DNA of 64,000 nucleotides. Origin: Catajapyx aquilonaris. Lineage: Eukaryota. The stretch covers positions 1 to 64,000 of the forward strand of contig JYFJ02001311.1 of the NCBI GenBank assembly GCA_000934665.2, written 5' to 3'. Positions 22,316 to 33,562 of the stretch are shown piece by piece (position 1 is the stretch's first letter; every line of letters starts with the position of its first letter). The notes under the pieces were generated by a model. The model saw only the letters and a list, made by a program, of their open reading frames with translations. It did not search any database and had not been told where the DNA came from. The position numbers and the translations under genes are program-made.

Positions 22316-23444
22316 TCAAATGACCATCTCAAACTTCTTGATTCTGGCTCTGACACTCTGGCAGTGAACCTCGGCCTGCTTGGTCAGTGACCCCTTCCGA
22401 TGCGTGAACTCTTGGATGACCACCACATCCCCTCCAGCCAGCTTGAAGTTGGAGATGACCCTCGAGCGACCAGTGTAGGCTTTAAGGGTCTCCCGGGCTG
22501 GGCTGCTTCCAGCTGACGAGGCATTCAGTGATAGAGAGTTGAACTTCTCATATGCTCGTGCAAAGGTGCCATCACACTCTTTCTCCCAGCACCTCCCAAC
22601 GCGATCCAGGAAGTCCAAGCTGCCTCGCCGCGCCCAGTGACTGGTCAATAGCGACGATGACGACGACGACGACACGGATGATGCCAGTGAGGTTAGAGAT
22701 TCGTATCGGCGATGCGATGGATTCAAGGCAGCAGAGGCACTCAGGTCGACTGAATCATCGAGTGATATTATGCTGGACCGGTCACTGGAGGAGTCTGCTG
22801 AGGACATCTCACTGACTTCATTGCTAGACTCACTCCCCCTGTCACAGGAATTCTCTCGGTGCGGGATGGAGAGCAGGTTGCGGCCAAGAGCTCTTCTTGC
22901 TCCCCGCGTCCTCCAGTCACGGTTGTGAGGCGTGGATGTTAGTTGCGCAACAATGTAAGCAGCTGGTGATGATGACTGAAGGCTGAAGCGGCGGTTGTCG
23001 AGGCAACTGGCAGTGCTGTGCCGCCTGGCAGGGCTAATGGTACGCTTATCCAGGATTGGGTTGCTGTTCAGGTCGAAGGAGTTGTCCAGCAGTGGAGTCC
23101 CAGGCAGTACTGTGAGCGGTGTGGGAAGTGGTGGAGGTTCCAAAGGCAGTGGTGGTGGCAGGTCTTCTTCGCTGGGCAGGATTGAAATCTCTGCCCTCTT
23201 CTCCTCCTGGGCTAGCATCACTTCAGCATTTCCATTCATGGCATCAGAGTGGACACAGGTGCAATTTGGTTTCAGTTCTTGCTGCTTCTCCTGTGCTGGC
23301 AATACTACTGGCTCAACTGGAACAACTTCTACGGGTGGTACTACTGCTTGTGGCGTTACTGCTTGCGGCGTGAGATGTCTCGAGACCTCTTCCTTCTTGG
23401 CGAGCCATGGATGATTCAAACATTCGAATGCGGTGAGTCTCTCA
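22316..23444 (-). CDS. Drak: Paralog B coding exon 7 (end of kinase domain plus Pro/Ser-rich tail)
   Basis: CACTTCCAG|T GAG AGA CTC (SERLTAFECLNHPW); open to TGA at 22316-22318. Confidence 0.9.
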
Positions 23445-26400
23445 CTGGAAGTGCAAGGGGTGTTATCAGTCGCAATGAACGCATTCACTTGGCTCTGCAC
23501 GAGCACAATAATGAACAAATTACACCTTGTAATTTCGCTTTACAAATTAGATGCTGAACTGGTCTGAATAGGAAATTGTGCGGGTCTCACCTGGATTCTT
23601 TGACCAACAATCTTGAAATGAAGTCTTTGGCTAAGTCTGAGACATCCTCAAAGAGCTCTTGAGGAAAATCCAACTTGCACTGGGTGATGTTGCAGAATGT
23701 CTCCTGCTTGGTGTCTCCTCCAAACGGCGAGTATCCTGTAAGCAGCACATATGCCAGAACTCCCACGGACCTAGTGAGGGAGAGAAAGTCCGACTTTAAT
23801 AACCTTTTTTTTGTAACCCATAAGATTCTCACCTACAACTTTCATCCCCAAGGTTCTTAAGCAACACACACCTTTAGGTAAGTGCATCCTCCCAATCTAT
23901 TATTAACAGCTGTTTGGAGATTCCAGACGTGACCGCAAAAAATGAGATTCTCCAGCAATTACAGGCAAGGGAGGCAGACCAAAACCCGATCATTACAGCA
24001 TGGCGGTGGGTTCTATAAATCACTACCATCGGGATCGACTTCTGGTTAAGGGAGTCGACTTACCCCCTTTTAAAGTCAAACTGGTATGTTAAGGGCAAGC
24101 AAAACTGGCCCCGAATGGGAATTAAGTTTGACACCAGTTTTTTAGTCACACAGCTTCTACGGTGATGAAGCTGATGATAATGTTAACTTACCACATGTCA
24201 GTGGCCAGGCTGATTGGCTCGTAATTCAGGACTTCTGGAGCTGCAAACACAAGCAATGAATCAGTATTCTGTTAATTACATCACCATATATTTGCAAATC
24301 AAGATATTTATTTTAATGTGCAGTGATTCTGTCTCATTTCTTTCACTTAGTAAAATTATTTATTATGTAAGAGAACAACAAGCCCTGACAACTCACCAAC
24401 ATAATCCGGCGTCCCCAGTAATTCTCTCACATCAGTTCCTTTGGCAATGTATCGTGATATTCCAAAATCGCACAGCTTCACTTCGCACTCCGGGTAATCT
24501 CCAGTCAGTACCAAGTTCTGCGGCTGGAAAAGAATAAAAGAAGTGAGTTCAACAGTTCACCAAAAATTGGGGCACAACTTTCAAGCAATTTTGGCCAGGA
24601 ACACACCGCAAAGGGGATGTGGATCACACACTTCACGACCTCTCCTTTTTTTTCTTCTTCTTCCAACATGTTTCTTTTCAACTCCCCTTCTCCCAAAATC
24701 GAGCATTGTCATCCATCTTGGGTATTGACCCTCAGTGTTACATAACGTCACGACACTGCTCCACTTGCACTTGTTTTCCGCCTGACTCGCCTCGGATAAT
24801 CACTTTTAGCACGTCCGTGACTCTCCCAAAAAGTCACACCTTTTTTTTTTGCCATTTTGCCTCACACCCAAAATTCAAATTTTACAGCTTCAGATAACTT
24901 TGATGTTCGATCATAATCAAGGTGGGCCCATCCCAACCGATCATAAAACTGTTCTTTTTTTTATTTATTAACAGACTTGTTCATCCCCTAAGCCGACCCT
25001 GTCACTCGAGCTTTTCGCCCCTGGGCCAAACGTTTCTACTAGGCCACAGACATTACGGTACTTGTCGGGAGGGGCCAGAAGGTGACCCCCTCCAGTAAAG
25101 GGGGGACCAAATGATCAGTTTTTTTTTTTTAATTCCAGTTGGTGAAGTGCACTGTACAAATCGCAAAAATAGATCGCGCCTATGATCAATCAACCTGAGT
25201 CTATAATCAGCAAGATGTTATGATCCGGCCCTAATTATGTTTCAGACCGATAATAACAGTGACTTTGGAGGACATGCCTATTATACCGACTGGGGTGGGG
25301 TTTGCTAAAATTCCAACCTGCATCTTGCCATTCTGAGGAGGAAATGGTCGCGAATATTACAAGGTCAACATTTTAAAAATTTCAAGTGTCTCTTTAAGAT
25401 ATGGCGCCCAGAAGCTCGCCGTATCTGAAGGCACCCTACTTAGGACGGGTTATAAATAATGATTCCACCACGTTTTAAAGCTCGCGGACATCATTTTATT
25501 AAATCCCATCACGAGCCATTTAAAAACAACAAAAAAAATGGTTGGGACTCTGATCAAGTGGCGGCTGACAGCTCGGCGCCTCGAAGTGCCATACTTGTGC
25601 ACCGTTATGCCAATATAAGCCTTACCCCTAGAGAGGTCACGTTTTATTTTAAAACGCTAAAAAATTTATCTAGTAATCGTGCCATATAAATCCATCCACT
25701 CCTTTCTCTATCCACGCCCTCACGTTTCTCGGATTAGTTGTGCTCCCTATGTACAAGGTGTGACAAAATCTGTTTACTGGCTTTTGGTTTACGATCTCCA
25801 AATTGCAAAGGGTCAAGTTTAGCCAACCCCTTTTAAGAGGAAGCCAGGTGGTCGCATCAGGACCGCATTCCAGCGACCAAAAACCGATCTTCTGGTGATG
25901 ACCCAAAGTGTCCCAAGGACCGAAGGAGTGGCAAAACCGGTCCAGAAGAAATTCGAGACGCTCTCTTGCACGCGACCTCGTATAAACCAGTTGAGGTCAA
26001 GCTTTTGCACACCGGGCGACAAGCTTTCCACTTGAATGGTGCTACACAAGACGATGCACTGTGCAGGATTTTTCCCTCCATAAGGCTTATAGTTCAGGGT
26101 CGGCTTTGCGACACTACATAATTCAGGCTAAGGAATCGACCGACAGGAATAAAGTCAAGGACCTCGCGGAGCATTACCAATCGATCATCTTTTACGAAGG
26201 TATAATCCCTGTAATCCGATGTCCCGTTATTCGACAATAATAATAAGGCGCGCGAGGTTCTAGGGTATCCTCCAGTGTTGGTAATCGGTATCTCACCTTG
26301 AGGTCCAGATGAGCGACATTCCTCTGGTGCAGGTACGACAGCCCCCCTAGGATCTGCTGCATGAATTTGACAGCGTAGGACTCCAGCATACCTTCCTCGC

Positions 26401-29400
26401 TGTCGAGGATGGTCTGGAGCTCACCACCTGGAGCGCTGGAAAAAAAATGAGACACACGGTGATCAATCAATTTGAAAGTTGACCATGACCATCTGTATAA
26501 TTCGACCCGTGTTAAAGGTTCCGATTGCATACCAAGCCACGCCTTATGTCCTCTGGGGTATTACATAGCTCTGCTTTCACTGGCACATTCTCATGATTTA
26601 AAAAAAATTGTGCCGCAAGACTCATTGCTCCACACAAATTGCGAAAAAAAATGCTGCTGGAAAAATGACTTACAGTTCCAGGATTAGCACCATCTCTGTC
26701 GGCGTCTCGAAGACTTGTTGCAACCGGACGATATGTGGACATTGCGATGCCAGTTCTAGGACCGCGACTTCGTGCAATATCTCTGTCGTCTGGTCAGCGG
26801 TTCGTCGACGCTTCCGGATGAATTTGGCTGCATATGACTGCCCACTTGCTCGATGTACCACTCGCCGTACAGTAGCGAACTTGCCTCTGAAATAATTAAT
26901 AAATAATTAATAATGCTGGCATATAGAGGGGGCGGTGCATAGCCTACTAATGTCATCGAGGTTGATAATATCTAACAAAAATTATAGGACGCAGTAGCAG
27001 CTAGACCAGCAGCTGCGAAAAAAAAATCAGTTTGCAGAGGTCAAACTTTCGCAGCGGGTCAAGTGCCCCTTTCGAAAAAAAAATGTTGTGGGGAGGTTGT
27101 CTGGAAGGGTTGGGAAGTCGAACAAGAGCCAAAAACTCCGCGGTTATGCGAGACTAAATAACCTACATTGTCCTCGACTCCCCAGTTCATTAAATTCCTT
27201 CTCGAACTGGGTCAAACTGATAAAATTGATACCACTTGCATACTTGACTCGTTGGGGGGAGACGCCTTGGAGTTTTGGGTTTCACCACTCGAAATACCAG
27301 TGAACCCATTTCTTGACCATCGAAACTCTAACTTAAACAAATATGTGGAATGCAAATACACAAAGTTGATGCGGAAGCAAGGTTGCTGGATTGAACAAAC
27401 CCTGTGCTTCTGACGTTTCATTGATAAAAGTGTTGCGCATTTCCGTTCCATTTGATAAGATGAGTAAACGCGTCCCCATTGACAAAAAGTCTGCTGACCA
27501 TGTCTTAAGAACACATGACCAGTACTGTTCGTAACTTATATTTTTATCACCGACTTTCGCACGACTTTTGCCCACAGACAGGACCAGCTCTTACGACATA
27601 TTACCTTGCCCTCTTCACTGGTTCCGCCAGTTTAAAAAAAAATCTCTTACAAACACCTGAAACCCGGGGCGGCAACAAATAACGCCTGACTAACACTCGC
27701 TAACCGCATCATCCGACATCCCCATCTATCTCCCTCATGCTGGAAAAACCATCCGATCCGCAAGATTACAAGCCTCCCTGTAATTGGCCTCCCAATGAAC
27801 TCAACGAGGTGCACACACGCTGTCAGGAAGTTAAAAGTTGACAACCGTTCCGGCAATAACCTGCGACATGTCCGAAAAAAAGTATCCGCTACTTTTCCTC
27901 ATTACCCGCGCTCTTTTCCTGTGAAAAACAAATGAAAAAAAAATTATATATAATTGGATCGTCCAGCATGACCATTCTTACAAAGTATAAACGGAACGTC
28001 CTTGCCCCCTTACAAGCCATTATCAAGAACCCCTCTTTAAAAAAAAAGGCGGTCCCAAAACGTTGAACCCATCTTCTCAATTTTTTTATATACACCTTTA
28101 TACCCATCGGTTGGAAGGTACACGAACGCCTCCAAGGCTTTTGAGGCATCCCGAGGGCCTTGACACGACCTTGGGAAGGACATAGCCCGGATCCAGAGGT
28201 CACGCACAATCTTTTGTTTTTTTGACCAACCCCGTAAGGCACCGTGTGAACAACCCAACGGAAATTAAAAACTTGCTAGGGAAAACAACGAGCTTGGAAT
28301 TTCCAAGATGGCCCCCGGGTTTCGAAGCTGGGAGGTAAACAGAAGGTTCCTCGAACAAAGAGAAAAAAAAAAAGTGTGCAGACACACATCTGCTCTATCC
28401 AGCTGCTCTGTTGGGTCACCCCCTCCTTCAGGGTCGTAGGGACAAAAGGGACACCCCAAAAGAATGGGGACGCGTGCCACACTCCATTTCGAAATCTGGC
28501 GGTCCAATCGCCCAAAAACCAGTAACGGCGGAATTTCAGCGCACAATAGCCAGGAGATAACCAATAACTGTTCTGCTGTCCACAGGTTCGCCGCCTAATA
28601 CCTGGTTCTAAATATACCCCAGATAAGGCGATTACCTCCAGAACTAATCGACTATACCGGTGCAAAATCTGCCGTCATTGACCAAGAATGTCCACATGAC
28701 TCCCAACATATGTGACTCACACCCATATTTGAACAGGTACGTGGTACGTGCCGCAACGGACAATTCCGGAACCCAAGAAGGACTCCTTCCGGTCGTTTCA
28801 CCTCACTGACTAAATTTCCATGACATGGGAACATGGGAACGAAGCCCCCAACGGAACACCCGAAAAAAAAAAAAATCGGAAGGGAAGCGTATCCTAACAA
28901 AAGCATGGTTCTCACAATTAAAAGGAAGTTTCCGGTATTCATCTTCGGTTCTGCTGTATAAGGTAGGTGGTCTCAGAATAAAACCCGGGCCCAACGTCCT
29001 TGTCAGGGTCGACAGATGAAAAGGAATGTCCAGCCCCTCCCCTTTTATGCCTTTACCTTCCCCGCATTCCTCGAGTCTACCTTTTTCAAAAAAAACTTTC
29101 TTCAGGGGCGGGTTAACCACATTTGACAGACTCATACTGGCCCATCACAATATTTGGTTCGTTGCCTCGGACACATGTGAAGCAAGGGTGTGAACTCTGA
29201 AAAATTCAGTTGCTAATAGCTAGTGGCGGTGAAAGTGTGAATTCTCACCCCCCCTAACGACAAAAAAATATGCTCTTGAATATGGCAACCACCGCATACC
29301 ACAACAAGTGCACTTGAAGGCGCGAAAAGAAACGGATGTGGACATAAAAAGGTGGTGACCTTCGATGGCTGAGACCAGAATCTTTTGGCCAAGAAAGGAA

Positions 29401-32400
29401 ATCCGTAAGGAGAAGCCCTCCCCCAGCCAGCAGCCGCTGCCTTCGAGGAAGGTCAGAAATAAAAGCGACAAACTGTACGGAGGCGGCTTCCCCATTCACA
29501 CTCTCAAAAGTGTCGGCATTGGCCTCTGCCCAAAAAAAGTAGTAAATAACTTTTCGTAACGTTTTGTAAACACGTAATGCCATGTCGGCACAACTTGCAA
29601 ACCGTCGATGCCAATTGCCAAACATATGTTTTTTTTGACCTACCCTAATCCCGGACCCTGTATATGTGCCAAGACTTATTTGATCAAAAGACACGCCCTT
29701 GATCTTCCGTCACTTCCACCCTAAGATGGCGGCTCCGGAAGGAAGTGGCTTCACATCCGGTTTGGCATTGACCGTAGCCGATTGTACCCAAGCTTAAAAA
29801 AAATAAGCTCACCATAATTCATATTAGTACAAACAAGTCTGGATTATCATAAAGAACCATATATGCCCACCAGTTCAAGGCTGACCTTTTTGCGAAAACT
29901 AGACCGTCAGTAGAGGGTCAAGGGTGACCTCCGCCTTGCAGTTATTTACCAAACTGTGATAAGGCAGTAAAATGGGTAAATAAACCCATTCTTGCTCCTT
30001 GGTTGGAGGTACCCCCCCTTAGGGCGCGTCGGCTTGATGAAGGTGAAATCACCGTTACATTTTGGCCATCCGAATAACTGGTTTGGAATACCCCGGCTGA
30101 GGAAATAACTGAAGAAACTGGATCTGCAATCATATTAATTTTTTTTTTTTTTGCGCGCACTTCAACCCCGGCCTTACCCCCTTCCTTCTTTTTTTTCCGT
30201 GTGAATTGGGCTACATGCCGAATAATTAGCAAAAGGCCACGATTTTCACAGGTTTTGAAATTGTTGTTTACGTGCTCTGAAGCTCAAAACACTCCACTGG
30301 ACACCCCCCAACTGGTATGGCATGTCGAGTACACACTGCGACAATTGTCGCCTAGGTCAAGTTTAACGCATCCACACACGTAAATAGAGAAAGTTGGGAT
30401 GCGCCAAACTGCAGCTTGAGTTGTGTCCCGACCCACATCCGATCCTACCCTCTAAAACCAAGAGCCCCTGCTGCTATACCACCTCTTGTCCGAGAGAAGT
30501 AGGTCTGCTCGTCTGTGGATCCGGGGTGCAATTTCCTGAAGGCCAACGTGATTTACACCCTTTTTCACTACTTATTGCCGGAACTACGTTTTCTCTACCA
30601 TTAAAAAAAATTTAAAAGTAAAAAAAATCATTGTAAGTAGGCCTACAGTATACAATATAACATGTATCCCAGAGGTGACAATGTCATGCCCTTATCATTT
30701 GAGTGACAATGGTGCTTCATTGTTCCGACACCATCACTTGTGTAAAAAAGTACGCAACAAACAGCTACCGCGCCTACAGGCCAAGGTACAGTTGGGCGCC
30801 ACAGGGCACATATGACCCTCCCACATGTCTGGGTCGCACACCGGTTACCCTCCTATGCCTTGACCGCAGACAACGCAGCTCAACCACTTTTATATTCGCC
30901 AAATGTTTCAAATACCCATGGACGTAACCATTGATCCGGTTCCTCCACTTCCATTATCGAGTTCCGGTCTTCTAGGAAGTGACCTGCTTCAGGGGGTGCC
31001 TCTTTTCAGGGTCTGAAAAGGGGTGCAGTAAAGAGGAAACAGGCGGCTGTTGTTGATCAGGTGCTAACCGAAAATGTCCCCAGGGGCCGACCAAAAAGCC
31101 CACGTGCCTGTTTCTGATCCGGCCAAATATGGCCAGCAGACCCCCACAAAACCTGCCTGAAACTTACAGAGAGAGGAGGGGTTCAGCGACAGGCCTATTT
31201 CCATCCGTTGGGTCAAAAGACGGTTCAACGAATCCTCGAGGTCGCCAAACTTCCTGTCGATTTATGCAATTGTCCGTTGTTATTTTTTTTCTCTTCTTCT
31301 TCTCCCAACACCCCACCGACGATGGAACCAGTTGGAGGGTCTTCTTCTAGGGGTGTCCCCTCTCCATCCCTTTTGCTTGCTGTCATGATGGGTCAACCCT
31401 GACAGGGCCACTCCCCTTGTGTGTCTGGAGCCGTTGCAATAACTCAGAGGACAGCAGGGGGAATCGGCCACGAATTTTCCATTGTCGTCTCTTCCTGCCA
31501 GGCCAGACTTTATTCACCTCTGGCGGTTTGGAATGGACTCGGAGGCGCCCACACACATGACAGATTTTATAGAGTATAAGCTGGGGGAGTCGGCAATGTT
31601 TGTCGCACATAAGGGAAAAACCTGCTCAGTACGGAGCCGTGTAATTAACAGTTACTATATAACAATCCTGATTTTATGAAGTTGTTTCACCTCCACACCC
31701 CCACACCCTCGCAACTTGATGCGCCGCATTTATTTACATCCCAGTCTGGCCATGGTATGTGTTGACCTCTGAATCACTTGTGTACACAACATCCAAGAAA
31801 AACCGCCTTATCAGTTTCCTGGCCCGTTGACTCACGCCAATACAACTCGGACCTTTGGTCCGGTCATCAATTCAACACCACTGTGTGCACACTTCGGATC
31901 CCGTTACCAATATTTTCACTGAAGTAAATGACTCTGCAAATACCGACGTGGAAGTGATCGGTACGCTGCTGCATTGTCACCACTTTCTTCGTCGCAAAAC
32001 ATTGCGTCACATGTCCTTCGGTCGCGTCGAAGACTTTCTCGACTAATTAGAGTGGATGGAGAAGGGTGTTACCCTTCCCCTTCTCTTCCGACGTACCATC
32101 GGAGGGTACCGAGCACAGTATGCAAGGGAACCAGTTCCAAAAAGCGCGCAGCCTACTTTCAAAACATTCCAACTCCTGAGGAGGGCAAGAGTGAAACTGC
32201 CAAGGCCGGGCTATCCCCCACACACAGTACACAACATACACACCTTTCCAAACATATTTTCCCACACATACACTTGGCCACACTCCCAAATATTTTTTTT
32301 TCCTCCATTTTTTTTTTTTTAACTGGTCGTTTACCTCCCCCCATCCACGTGCTTCCTGGCCGCCAATGTCGGCGACGTAACCGAAAAGTCGGCACCGATT

Positions 32401-33562
32401 CAAATATTCTTCAGGGTCTGGGCCACATCCCCAGAATGTTTCACTTGGCGCCGCCGTCCGTATGCAAAAAAGAAACGAAAAGGGGCCTATATCGGCTTCG
32501 AAACAGGTTGGGTAAGATGTCCGGGGCTTTCACTGTGACCTGCCCCATGCACTTTGTCCTCTAAACACTCAGAAAGTGAGTGACAAAATTTGTGTACAAG
32601 GCTTCCTTAGAGACGGTGCAATTTGTATGTACCGCCTCATACACAGCCTGGAGTCAATGTTCCCACCATAAGCACATTAGGCCAGCAATTGTTACGCCAG
32701 CATAATCGGCCTTGATGGGGTGCCCTACCTGCGCTCCCGAAAGCACCATACTGTACACCCTGTACCGGAGTCAAAAAATCGCCAATTTTGCACACCGACC
32801 GCTCTTTAAATTTAATGCTTCTTTATGCAATAGGCACAACCGTATGTCCTTAACCCGGTTTAAAACATGCATATTACCAACATTCGCAAAACGGTACTTT
32901 CCGTCTATTAATAATTATACCCCCGTGCTTCCAATTTTTTATGGATCCAACCTTCACCCTTGAAAGAATGGCCGTGGCCGGAGGCTGCTCGAAGCCGTGA
33001 AGAAGGCTCAGGTCACAAGGTGGACCTCATTCTTTTGTCTAAACCCGTCCGACCGTCCACCATGCGTGTCTGGACTTGCCACATCTGGCCCGCACCACAA
33101 TTTTTTATTTTTAAAAAAATTATGAATTAAAAAGTGCGTGGGGTCCACATTCGGATGACCTCCGACCTCATGCTCCCGGACTTGAAGGCCGATCAAAGGC
33201 GTGGTTCGCACATGAAGGCCGTTCGATCCCGGATTTTTACCCTTTCTCTTAGTCCGCGGCCATATGTCCGCACAGGTGTTACACAGCTACCGTTGGATGG
33301 ACCGAGTCAAAATGGGGTTATATCAGGAGCAAAAGTCCGTTGCAAACGTGCATGACCGCTGGCCTACTTCCATTGTCCGGACTTACCGAGCAAACGGCTG
33401 GTCCTCCACTTCGAAGTGTTTGGTCAGTGGTTCCTGCACCACCAGTCGGTCCATCTGCTCCGGGGTCAAGCAGAAGAAGCCCGGATGTGTGGTACTCAGG
33501 TTGCAAGATATCCTGGGGTCACCTTTTCCCATGGTGCCATCCACCGACAACAGTTCCCGCAT
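22316..33562 (-). CDS. Drak: Death-associated protein kinase related (DRAK / STK17A-B type) Ser/Thr kinase, canonical paralog B: join(33562..33387, 26886..26674, 26435..26297, 24523..24397, 24240..24192, 23770..23591, 23444..22316), 670 aa
   Basis: Six GT-AG introns with consistent phases (2,2,0,1,2,2), total 2013 nt. Motifs: PFARGKFATV, YAAKFIRKRRR (DAPK-family basic loop), EILHEVAVL, HLDLKPQN, KLCDFGISR, GTPDYVAPE, YEPISLATDMWSVG, GDTKQETFCNI, HPW. The start codon is the least certain part. Confidence 0.93.
23591..23770 (-). CDS. Drak: Paralog B coding exon 6 (180 nt)
   Basis: CCCTCACTAG|G TCC GTG GGA ... GAA TCC AG|GTGAG. Confidence 0.93.
24192..24240 (-). CDS. Drak: Paralog B coding exon 5 (49 nt; not in the ORF track): APEVLNYEPISLATDMW
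   Basis: Hand-translated; TTTGCAG|CT CCA GAA ... GAC ATG TG|GTAAGT. Confidence 0.93.
24397..24523 (-). CDS. Drak: Paralog B coding exon 4 (127 nt; not in the ORF track): PQNLVLTGDYPECEVKLCDFGISRYIAKGTDVRELLGTPDYV
   Basis: Hand-translated; TTTTCCAG|CCG CAG AAC ... TAT GTT G|GTGAGT. Confidence 0.94.
26297..26435 (-). CDS. Drak: Paralog B coding exon 3 (139 nt)
   Basis: TTTTCCAG|C GCT CCA GGT GGT ... GAC CTC AAG|GTGAG. Confidence 0.94.
26674..26886 (-). CDS. Drak: Paralog B coding exon 2 (213 nt)
   Basis: ATTTCAG|A GGC AAG TTC ... CTG GAA CT|GTAAGT. Confidence 0.94.
33387..33562 (-). CDS. Drak: Paralog B coding exon 1
   Basis: ACA ATG CGG (MRELL...) to EDQPFA-CG|GTAAGT; candidate upstream acceptor TTTGCATGTAG at 33800. 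Confidence 0.82.

Noticed and set aside
22552..23557. Plus-strand ORFs over paralog B's last exon
   Set aside because: Antisense shadows of the real exon.
27012..27055. Imperfect hairpin GCTGCGAAA...TTTCGCAGC near paralog B exon 2
   Set aside because: Too short and bulged for a pre-miRNA; no other support.
31974..32564. 196-aa plus-strand ORF, the longest unexplained ORF
   Set aside because: Non-ATG start, runs through poly-T tracts, no recognisable domain, and lies antisense within intron 1 of paralog B.
33221..33230. B-box-like GTTCGATCCC
   Set aside because: No A box, acceptor stem or anticodon arm; not a tRNA.
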